From: Candidatus Asgardarchaeum abyssi
Lineage (GTDB): Archaea > Asgardarchaeota > Asgardarchaeia > Asgardarchaeales > Asgardarchaeaceae
Length of the DNA: 64,000 bases
Direction of reading: 5' to 3'
NCBI GenBank assembly: GCA_040225955.1
Contig: JBECUL010000002.1
Coordinates: forward strand, 28,544-92,543
The position numbers were made by a program, and so were the translations under genes. The notes below the pieces were generated by a model. It was given only the letters and a program-made list of their open reading frames with translations. It had not been told where the DNA came from and did not search any database. Numbering within the stretch: the stretch's first letter is position 1; every line of letters begins with the position of its first letter. Shown here piece after piece: positions 56,369-64,000 of this stretch.

Positions 56369-57381
56369 CTAGTAAGCACCTCTACAAACCTCTTTGCTAC
56401 ATAAACTTTTGCATAAAAATAAAGTAAGAACAGATCAATTAATACAACAAGAAGCGGATAATACACGAAAAACACGGCATTCAAAAATAAGATGTATTTC
56501 AGAGAGAGAATTGTAATATATGCAAGAAATAACAAATTAAGAAAGTATCCAAGTAGGAAAAACAGTGAATACTCAATAAGAACTGTAAAAAGAATATACT
56601 TAAATTTCCATCCAACCGAAAACAAAATCGCACAATCGTCTCTTAAATTCAGTAAAAATAAAAAAGCAATAATACATGTTGCGAACAACGATGTTATGGA
56701 GATAATCTTTAAATCTTCTACCTCATATTGAGATACTTTAACCAAACCGATTATTACTTTATATTCTAATAATTCCTCTATGTTCTTTCTTACTCGTGTT
56801 ACATTGGCAAAAAGATATAGCCATATCACAAGAAGTCTTATCCGTTCTATCTTTTTCGAAAACTTTAGAAGTATATCATACTGCAAAAAATCCGAGCCTA
56901 TAATATCCTCTAAGCCTTCAGAATCCAATATACCAACAATCTTATATTTTGTTCCATTAAAAACTATGAAATCCCCTATTTCTTTATTCAAAACATTACT
57001 TACCACAATCTCATCTTCCGTATACGGAAATCTGCCTTTAGAGAGAGACCTTCTAACGAGACATTTCATTTCTTCACTTGCTTCAATAAGTACGGTATCG
57101 TTAAGTATTTTGTAAGAGACCTCTGCCACGGTGATAACATCTTTTAGGTCTCTTACCTTATTGACCTGAGAAGTACTGATAAAATAATCTGGCGACTTCG
57201 AAGAGACAAAAAAGTACATTTTGTTTTGAAGCACTTCAAAGTTGTATAAGGGATAAAGAAATGTGAAGCATATAATAAAACTTATAATTAACCTTTCATG
57301 CCATTTTCTTTTTCCTCTTTTTAATAAGTATCTTGCCATGAGACTTATATTCACGATACAAACCATAAAGGAAAACCCCAC
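56365..57381 (-). CDS. FtsX-like ABC permease (atypical)
   Basis: 338 aa. N-terminal TM, extracytoplasmic domain, then RDDCAILFSVGWKFKYILFTVLIEYSLF and 3 TM helices. Its TGA overlaps the ATG of the ATPase gene (ATGA). Confidence 0.6.
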   Translation of the reverse strand: MGFSFMVCIVNISLMARYLLKRGKRKWHERLIISFIICFTFLYPLYNFEVLQNKMYFFVSSKSPDYFISTSQVNKVRDLKDVITVAEVSYKILNDTVLIEASEEMKCLVRRSLSKGRFPYTEDEIVVSNVLNKEIGDFIVFNGTKYKIVGILDSEGLEDIIGSDFLQYDILLKFSKKIERIRLLVIWLYLFANVTRVRKNIEELLEYKVIIGLVKVSQYEVEDLKIISITSLFATCIIAFLFLLNLRDDCAILFSVGWKFKYILFTVLIEYSLFFLLGYFLNLLFLAYITILSLKYILFLNAVFFVYYPLLVVLIDLFLLYFYAKVYVAKRFVEVLTR

Positions 57382-57404
57382 ATCATAATTACTGAAGTGA
57401 AAAA

Positions 57405-58604
57405 CTATACTCGGAGCACTTTCTCTGCACTCACATTATAAGCTTTTATTATTGCAGGCAATGAAGATATAACTGTAAGAGATGTAGCTATGCATATTTG
57501 TATCGGAAGCATAACAACAAAGAAGAGATATATCATATAAAGATTAGGAATAGAGAACATAATTAATGAGCTAAGTAAAAGAGATATCGACAATCCTAAA
57601 ATACTGGAAATTATCCCAAATATCGTATATCTCATAATGAAAAATTTCAGTATATCATTTCGTCTCCATCCAAGTACTTTAAGAAGCGAAATTTCATTTG
57701 TTTTTCGTCTTATCTCCCAGATCATAATGAAAACCGAGAGGATGTATCCTATGAGTGTAGGATATAAGGTGCTTTCAACCAATAGTTCATGGTAACTCTT
57801 TTCATACTCAGTTACCGTCTCAACAACCACACCATGTGGATATTTTGATTTTATCCTATTAGCCACCATGTCGATATCATAGCCTTCCTTGACTTTTACA
57901 TTAATTGCATACTCAAAATCCACTTTCAACTCCGCACGTTCAGTAAAATTAAGCTGAGAAATTGCTTTATATAACTTTAAATATGTTCCTAAGGGTGCAT
58001 ATACAGCAATTATATCAGTAAGGTCCAAATAAGCCTCTTCACGTCCATTCATTAATTGATTTGTAATTACACCAACTATTGGCAGGCTGGCAACACCTAA
58101 ATCCAACATGGTTTTATTTTCACCAATGCCTTTATACTCGCCTATATCTTTAAGAAGCTGCTCACCAATACTCTCAATTATAACCGAATTCTCATAATTT
58201 GATTCGAAAAATCTACCCCTTACTATGAATTTGGGATGAGGAAATGTGATATCCTCAACATTACACCAACTCAACTCTAAATAATAACTTCTATTCTGAT
58301 ACCTAAATTTTCCCGAAAAATAGATTTTTGCGGGATATACGGTCCATTTCACTCCTTCAATTTCTCTAATAGCCTCTTCGATCACGGGAAAGTCTTCAAC
58401 ATCACCTAGAGGATGTACGATGATTTCAGTAGGCCACATCTGCAAATCCCAATATTCATCAGCTTCAGTGTATATTATAAGATTCCTAATTACAATGGAA
58501 ACGAAAAATGATGAAACTATAAGCAGAATAAATACAGCGATACTGCTTTTTCTGCGCAAGTCTTTGGACAATAGATGTAGTAATATAAATATTTTCTTGG
58601 GCAA
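57405..58604 (-). CDS. FtsX-family ABC permease (MacB-type)
   Basis: 399 aa. N-terminal TM, an extracytoplasmic domain of about 230 aa, the motif TNEISLLKVLGWRRNDILKFFIMRYTIFG and 3 C-terminal TM helices. The TTG start is preceded by a GAGGTGA SD. Confidence 0.75.
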   Translation of the reverse strand: MPKKIFILLHLLSKDLRRKSSIAVFILLIVSSFFVSIVIRNLIIYTEADEYWDLQMWPTEIIVHPLGDVEDFPVIEEAIREIEGVKWTVYPAKIYFSGKFRYQNRSYYLELSWCNVEDITFPHPKFIVRGRFFESNYENSVIIESIGEQLLKDIGEYKGIGENKTMLDLGVASLPIVGVITNQLMNGREEAYLDLTDIIAVYAPLGTYLKLYKAISQLNFTERAELKVDFEYAINVKVKEGYDIDMVANRIKSKYPHGVVVETVTEYEKSYHELLVESTLYPTLIGYILSVFIMIWEIRRKTNEISLLKVLGWRRNDILKFFIMRYTIFGIISSILGLSISLLLSSLIMFSIPNLYMIYLFFVVMLPIQICIATSLTVISSLPAIIKAYNVSAEKVLRV

Positions 58605-58607
58605 TAT

Positions 58608-58769
58608 TTAACTCACCTCATTATTTATATTATCACCAACACTTTCCCAGTTGCCATCGACTTGCACTTGAGCTGATTCACCCCAGAAGCCTTGGTCAAC
58701 TACGTATTCTGACTTAGCAGAACCACTTGCTCCAATTATTTGAATAACATCAATAGAAAATGATACCAT
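58608..58769 (-). CDS. Unannotated 53-aa acidic ORF leading the ABC operon
   Basis: My translation is MVSFSIDVIQIIGASGSAKSEYVVDQGFWGESAQVQVDGNWESVGDNINNEVS*. The stop lies 3 nt before the permease start, and the permease SD is inside its last codons. It falls below the 60-aa cutoff of the ORF track. Confidence 0.35.
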   Translation of the reverse strand: MVSFSIDVIQIIGASGSAKSEYVVDQGFWGESAQVQVDGNWESVGDNINNEVS

Positions 58770-59328
58770 TACTAAAAAGAATTAGGACAACATGATTAAC
58801 TTATGCTTTAATCGCATCTTTATGCTCTACTCATCAACAAAGATCATTTATAATCTATATTTCTATTCTTTATTGTAGTTATATATTTTTTCGATGTAAA
58901 TTTTCACCGCTTTGATGTTTGTTTTAATTAAATCTATTTAATGAAGTAGGCTTCAATCTCATGGAGAAGTAAATCTTCATTATTATTTCAATTTTTATTA
59001 TTTTTCAAAAAATGACAATTTTCTTTTTATTTTAAAATTGCTTTTTTATATGAAGAAAGAATTCGATATGAAAAATCTTTAACTTTTAATGATTCTTTCC
59101 GAAAGGCTTAGAAGGTGATTAAGTTAGCACTTTTTAAGAAAATCATTATATTCAAGCTTTAAATTAATTATCAATTAAGCAAATTATGATAAAGGTAATT
59201 TCATTCTCTTTTTCTTACACGTGGATTTTTCCAATAGTGAATAAAATATTAATAGGTGTTTTAGTTTAAGTTATAATATAGTTTACAGACGTTAATAATG
59301 ACTCCATATCATCACTTATATTGATTAG

Positions 59329-59916
59329 GTGAGCATTTTGAGAGTCAAGTTGGAGGTTTTAGAAGATTTTATGAATAGGAGCATTTATAAATGGAGAGAA
59401 ATTTACCTTAAGGAGATTAAAGAAGGCCCTTCAAGAAGACAAGTTATAACTAGGCCCAGTTTCAATCATTTTGTTCACACACAAAGACCTTTCTTTAGCG
59501 ATATTAATTTTGAAGATTCACATTACATTGCTAATTTTAGAACTATTGAATATACAACTTTAAAGTATAATTTGTCTTCGAAAATAGTTATTTTGAGGCT
59601 TTCGGGATATAATCTCGGTAGAAGTATGGTTAAAAAGGGAATAATTCATAGTATGGACGACGTACCGATAGCTCTTGTTCTATATAAGGTGGGCTTGGTG
59701 GACTTGATTAAAGAATCCTTCAACACCATGAAAATTAACATATATGAATGTATAAGTTGTTATGATCTACCAAATGTTGGAAAGGCTATGTGCGACTTTG
59801 AGGCAGGCATTTTGCAAGGGATTCTAACGGAGCTTTATGGTAGTAACGTGGTTAAGGAGAAATACTGTTGGGGACTTGGAAATTCATTCTGCGGATTCGA
59901 AATATACTTCGAGTAA
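59329..59916 (+). CDS. V4R (4-vinyl reductase-like) domain protein, CorQ-like
   Basis: The C-terminal Cys pattern IYECISCYDLPNVGKAMCDFEAGILQGILTELYG...EKYCWGLGNSFCGFEIYF fits the V4R domain. The start is uncertain (GTG 59329 or ATG 59371). Confidence 0.65.
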   Translation: MSILRVKLEVLEDFMNRSIYKWREIYLKEIKEGPSRRQVITRPSFNHFVHTQRPFFSDINFEDSHYIANFRTIEYTTLKYNLSSKIVILRLSGYNLGRSMVKKGIIHSMDDVPIALVLYKVGLVDLIKESFNTMKINIYECISCYDLPNVGKAMCDFEAGILQGILTELYGSNVVKEKYCWGLGNSFCGFEIYFE

Positions 59917-59929
59917 ATTGGTGAGCAGC

Positions 59930-61057
59930 ATGTCCAAGAAGACACTCCTTGTTTCACCATCAAATAAATGTGAGGGAAATTGTCATCATTGTTCATTAGT
60001 AGCGTTGAATGAGAAGGAACGCTTCCTACCCCTTAGGGCAATAGAAAGACTTGGAAGGCTCTGGAAAAACTTTATGTTTGATGAGTCTATTATTCTATGT
60101 ACTAATCCTCTTAAGCATACTCAGCTTCCTTCTATAATTGAATTATTACAGAGTTTTTCAAGGAAAATACATCTCTTCATCAACATAAACTCTCTTTCTA
60201 ATGCATTAGATAAATCTATATTCGAGAGAATTAACGAGATAGTTCTCGTGATTCCTAGCATAGAGCTCGCAAGAAGATTTGAGAAACATATAAAGGTACT
60301 AATCTCTCAAGGTATAGAAAACATCTCTCTCTACTACGTTGTTATGGGAACTGCAAAGGACATAGGTAATATTTTTTCATTGATACCTTTCTGCAGAACT
60401 TATGGTTTATCACTTAGGGTGGGCGAGCCACCATATTCTAAATATGTGAATATAAACCCAATTACACTACTGGAAGGAAAGAGAAACGTAGAGATTTGTC
60501 TCCGATACGGCACACTTTATGGTTATTATGCTACGAATGCATTTATTAAAGGATATCCAGTAACTTTGTTGGCTAAACCATTTGAAACTACATGTAGAAT
60601 GTTATACGTGGATGCCTCTGGTAGAGTAGGAAAGTGTCCGATACTTGATGGAAGGGTGCATTATAGAAAAGTAGACGAGAAGATTGTAAGAAGATTTATA
60701 TTCTCAAAGTGCACAAGTAGCCATTTCAAATTGGAGTTCATACCCGTAGCTAATATCTCACTTATGATAGGCGATAAGAAGGAAATACCTCACGATGTGC
60801 TTATGCTACTGGAAGTTATTGAACAGCTTAAGTCCTTTAGGGCTGCATGCTCTGCTTTGGGTTTCTCTACATCTACCTATATGGAGAAAATTAAAAGCTT
60901 GGAGTACACTCTAGGCTTTAAACTTTTAACTTCGGAGAAAGGAGGTAAAATTAGAGGGAGAACAGTTTTAACAGATAAAGGGAGGTACATATTACAATTA
61001 TACAAGGAGATTAGTGAGAGTGTAAACAAATATCTTTATCAGAATATGCATGCATGA
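59930..61057 (+). CDS. Radical-SAM-like (CxxxCxxC) domain fused to a ModE/LysR-type HTH, CorR-like putative regulator
   Basis: N-terminal SPSNKCEGNCHHCSL. C-terminal LLEVIEQLKSFRAACSALGFSTSTYMEKIKSLEYTLGFKLLTSEKGGKIRGRTVLTDKGRYIL (ModE/LysR-type HTH). ATG 59930 is preferred over the ORF-track start at 59837, which overlaps the V4R gene. Confidence 0.6.
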   Translation: MSKKTLLVSPSNKCEGNCHHCSLVALNEKERFLPLRAIERLGRLWKNFMFDESIILCTNPLKHTQLPSIIELLQSFSRKIHLFININSLSNALDKSIFERINEIVLVIPSIELARRFEKHIKVLISQGIENISLYYVVMGTAKDIGNIFSLIPFCRTYGLSLRVGEPPYSKYVNINPITLLEGKRNVEICLRYGTLYGYYATNAFIKGYPVTLLAKPFETTCRMLYVDASGRVGKCPILDGRVHYRKVDEKIVRRFIFSKCTSSHFKLEFIPVANISLMIGDKKEIPHDVLMLLEVIEQLKSFRAACSALGFSTSTYMEKIKSLEYTLGFKLLTSEKGGKIRGRTVLTDKGRYILQLYKEISESVNKYLYQNMHA

Positions 61058-61174
61058 TCTGATTCGTTTTCGAAAAAATATGCATTTAGATACATTAGTC
61101 GCTTATTTTTCGAATAACGGAACGCTTATTTAAATGTAAGAAGCTCTTATAAAAATAGAAAAGGAGGGTAATCT

Positions 61175-61810
61175 ATGGCTTATAAGGGTACAGAGTTCAT
61201 TATTCTCATCGACCCCGAACGTTGTATGGGATGCAGATCCTGTGAGATAGCCTGCGCCGTTGAGCACTCAATTTCAAAGAATATATATGGAGCACTCGCA
61301 GAAAAGCCTAAACCAAGACCCAGAATCACAGTACTACCAGTTTCTAATTTTACCGTTCCTATGAGGTGTCAGCATTGTAAGGATGCACCTTGTATGGCCG
61401 TGTGTCCAACTCAAGCAATTCAACGTACTGATGAGGAATTTGTGATTTTGAATCCAGAAAAATGTATAGGCTGTTTAATGTGCGCACTTGCATGCCCATT
61501 TGGTCATCCCCGATACGAAAAAGAATACAAAACTGTAATCAAGTGTGATTTCTGCATAGATAGAATAAGAGAAGGGAGAGTACCTGCTTGTGTTGAAGCT
61601 TGTCCAACAGAGGCACTTAAATTTGGAACTTTAGAAGAACTCATGAGGGGAGTAGCAAAAGAGAAGGCTCAACAGCTCCTTACAGGACTTGCAGCAGCAC
61701 CAGGCAAAATTTTAGTTCTTCCAGGGCTTAAAGAAGTTGAGGTAAAACCAGCACCACCAATTAAGCCCTCTGATGTTATTTCTAAATATTCTCGTGTGAG
61801 GTGGGTTTAA
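61175..61810 (+). CDS. cooF: CooF-type 4Fe-4S ferredoxin-like electron transfer protein
   Basis: Four Cys clusters: CMGCRSCEIAC, CQHCKDAPCMAVCP, CIGCLMCALACP, CDFC...CVEACP. An AAGGAGGG SD lies 7 nt upstream. Confidence 0.85.
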   Translation: MAYKGTEFIILIDPERCMGCRSCEIACAVEHSISKNIYGALAEKPKPRPRITVLPVSNFTVPMRCQHCKDAPCMAVCPTQAIQRTDEEFVILNPEKCIGCLMCALACPFGHPRYEKEYKTVIKCDFCIDRIREGRVPACVEACPTEALKFGTLEELMRGVAKEKAQQLLTGLAAAPGKILVLPGLKEVEVKPAPPIKPSDVISKYSRVRWV

Positions 61811-63717
61811 TGTCATCCCTAGAGTATAGAAAATATAAACTTCCAGCTAAAGAAATTTCAATAACTCCGGGCGTTTCAAGTCTTATTGAAAAAGCAGAAG
61901 AAGAGGGCATTAAGGTAGCATGGCATAGATTCTTGGAACAGCAACCACAGTGTGGTTTTGGTTTACTTGGAATATGCTGTAGAAACTGTAACATGGGGCC
62001 ATGTCGTATTGATCCATTTGGTCATGGCCCAACTAGAGGAACTTGTGGAGCCACAGCTGATACTATTGTTGCTAGGAATATTCTAAGGATGATAGCTGCT
62101 GGGGCTGCCGCACATAGTGATCACGCTAGAGATATATGGCACGTATTTCACATGGTAGCACATGGAGAAACGAAGTACTATGTGATTAAAGACTCTGAAA
62201 AACTTAAAACAGTGGCGTCAGCTGTTGGCATAAAGGTTGAAGGAAAAGAAGACTTAGAGATAGCTAAAGAACTAGCTGAAATTCTCTCATGGGAATTTGG
62301 GAAACCGGGAGAAGAGCCATTAAAACTATTGATGGGATTAGCTCCAAAGAAGAGAATAAAAGTATGGGAGAAGTTAGGTGTTCTTCCCAGAGCCATCGAT
62401 AGAGAGGTAACTGAATGTATGCATAGGACGCACGTAGGTGTAGATGCCGACCCAGCAAGTTTGCTGCTACATGGAGTGAGAACAAGCCTATCTGATGGAT
62501 GGTCAGGTTCGATGATGGCAACGCTTCTTAGTGATATCCTATTTGGTACTCCTAAACCTATAAAATTCACTGCAAATTTAGGTGTTCTCAAAGAGGATAT
62601 GGTTAACATAATTGTTCATGGTCACAATCCTGTGCTATCTATGAAAATAGCTGAAGTTGCACAATCGGAAAAAATACAAAAGTTAGCAGAAAAATATGGC
62701 GCAAAAGGAGTTAATGTGGCAGGAATGTGCTGTACTGGCAACGAAGTATTGATGAGACTTGGTATCCCTGCTGCTGGTAACATGCTAATGCAAGAACTAG
62801 CGATAGTTACTGGAGCGGTAGAGGCTATGATTGTGGACTATCAGTGTGTTATGCCAGCTATCGTTGATGTGGCAGGATGTTATCATACAAAAATTATAAC
62901 CACAGAACCTAAAATGCATATTCCAGGAGCCTTACATATAGAATTTAAACCTGAAAAGGCCGATGAAATAGCTGAGAAAATAGTAACAACAGCAATTGAG
63001 AACTTTCAAAATAGAAGTAAAGAAAAAGTCAAGATTCCAGAATACAAGATGGAAGCCATGGCTGGATTTAGCGTTGAAGCTATATTAGAAGCACTTGGAG
63101 GCACACTTGAACCTTTGATTAATGCTATAAAAGATGGAACAATTAAAGGTATAGTAGGCGTAGTTGGATGCGTAAATCCAAAGGTTAAACATAATTATAG
63201 CCATATAACTCTGACTAAGAAACTTATAGCCAATGATATATTAGTAGTTGGGACTGGCTGCTGGGCTTTGGCAGCTGCAATGCACGGATTACTATCACCT
63301 GAAGCTGCTAAAGAAGCTGGCCCTGGAGTTAGAAAGATATGTGAAGCATTAGGAGTTCCACCATGCTTACACATGGGCAGCTGCGTTGATTGTTCAAGAA
63401 TACTCATAGCACTAGGCGCTATAGCCGATGCTTTAGGTGTTGATATCCCAGATCTACCAGCTGCTGGTTCTGCTCCAGAGTGGATGAGCGAAAAAGCTGT
63501 TAGCATAGGGACATATTTTGTGGCTAGCGGAGTATTCACGCACTTAGGTACAATACCTCCAGTATTAGGAAGTCCAACAGTAACTAAATTGTTAACTGAT
63601 GATGTTGAAGACCTCCTTGGTGGAAAGTTCTATGTAGAACCAGACCCAGAAAAGGCAGCAGATACAATAATTGAAGTAATCATGGAGAAAAGGAAAAAGC
63701 TCGGCCTGCCACTCTAA
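61810..63717 (+). CDS. cooS: Anaerobic Ni-Fe carbon monoxide dehydrogenase catalytic subunit CooS
   Basis: N-terminal D/B-cluster motif CGFGLLGICCRNCNMGPCRI, plus HGHNP, MCCTGNE, GCVNPK and CLHMGSCVDC blocks. The ATG overlaps the cooF stop (TAATG). Confidence 0.95.
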   Translation: MSSLEYRKYKLPAKEISITPGVSSLIEKAEEEGIKVAWHRFLEQQPQCGFGLLGICCRNCNMGPCRIDPFGHGPTRGTCGATADTIVARNILRMIAAGAAAHSDHARDIWHVFHMVAHGETKYYVIKDSEKLKTVASAVGIKVEGKEDLEIAKELAEILSWEFGKPGEEPLKLLMGLAPKKRIKVWEKLGVLPRAIDREVTECMHRTHVGVDADPASLLLHGVRTSLSDGWSGSMMATLLSDILFGTPKPIKFTANLGVLKEDMVNIIVHGHNPVLSMKIAEVAQSEKIQKLAEKYGAKGVNVAGMCCTGNEVLMRLGIPAAGNMLMQELAIVTGAVEAMIVDYQCVMPAIVDVAGCYHTKIITTEPKMHIPGALHIEFKPEKADEIAEKIVTTAIENFQNRSKEKVKIPEYKMEAMAGFSVEAILEALGGTLEPLINAIKDGTIKGIVGVVGCVNPKVKHNYSHITLTKKLIANDILVVGTGCWALAAAMHGLLSPEAAKEAGPGVRKICEALGVPPCLHMGSCVDCSRILIALGAIADALGVDIPDLPAAGSAPEWMSEKAVSIGTYFVASGVFTHLGTIPPVLGSPTVTKLLTDDVEDLLGGKFYVEPDPEKAADTIIEVIMEKRKKLGLPL

Positions 63718-63779
63718 ATTAAACCTTTTTATTTATTTTTATTTTATTTATAATTTTATTCATAAGGAGAGCTTAAGTA

Positions 63780-64000
63780 TGAAAATAATAGTTACTGGAA
63801 AAGGAGGTGTTGGGAAAACATCAATAACTGCTGTTCTGGCGCATATATTATCTTCTAGCGGTTATTCTGTACTAGCAATAGATACTGACTCTGTTCCAAA
63901 TCTTGCTCAAAGTTTAGGCATTCCTTACGACAAGGCATCAAAAATAGTTCCTTTATCAAAGAACGATAAACTTGTTGAAGAAAGAACTGGAGCTAAGCCT
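63780..64000 (+). CDS. cooC: CODH nickel-insertion accessory ATPase CooC (5' part; continues beyond the window)
   Basis: MKIIVTGKGGVGKTSITAVLAHIL...AIDTDS (deviant Walker A of the MinD/CooC family), directly downstream of cooS. Confidence 0.85.

Noticed and set aside
1-64000. CRISPR arrays, IS elements, transposases, integrases or prophage genes
   Set aside because: I found no regularly spaced short direct repeats and no DDE, tyrosine-recombinase or serine-recombinase-like ORFs on either strand.

Overview
This is an AT-rich window (about one third G+C by eye) that looks archaeal and anaerobic, and it is densely coding on both strands. I saw no rRNA, recognisable tRNA, CRISPR array, transposase or integrase.

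- **Left third, metal homeostasis:** a TroA/ZnuA-type ABC operon with an FmdE-like gene, two tandem Feo iron-uptake loci, a heterodimeric ABC exporter pair and NikR.
- **Middle, cell-surface and signalling genes:** SBBP-like and FG-GAP-like beta-propeller proteins, a 1128-aa receptor-like Hanks Ser/Thr kinase, two orphan FtsX-type permeases of about 950 aa, and a transglutaminase-like protein.
- **Middle, uncharacterised items:** a three-gene module (Zn-ribbon/wHTH protein plus two membrane proteins with CorA-like topology, one fused to GNAT) and a degenerate FtsZ/tubulin-like gene.
- **Right third:** a GC-rich island of about 260 nt that looks like a structured RNA, superoxide reductase, and a decaying toxin-antitoxin island (VapBC, HEPN-MNT, UPF0175-PIN and others). 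It also holds a CobN chelatase next to MacB-type ABC genes and a V4R plus HTH (CorQ/CorR-like) pair upstream of cooF-cooS-cooC (Ni-CODH).
- **Gene disruption:** at least seven genes are interrupted by frameshifts or in-frame stops, several at short homopolymer runs. Some of these could be assembly indels rather than biology.

All functional calls come from motifs read by eye in the supplied translations. No database search was run.
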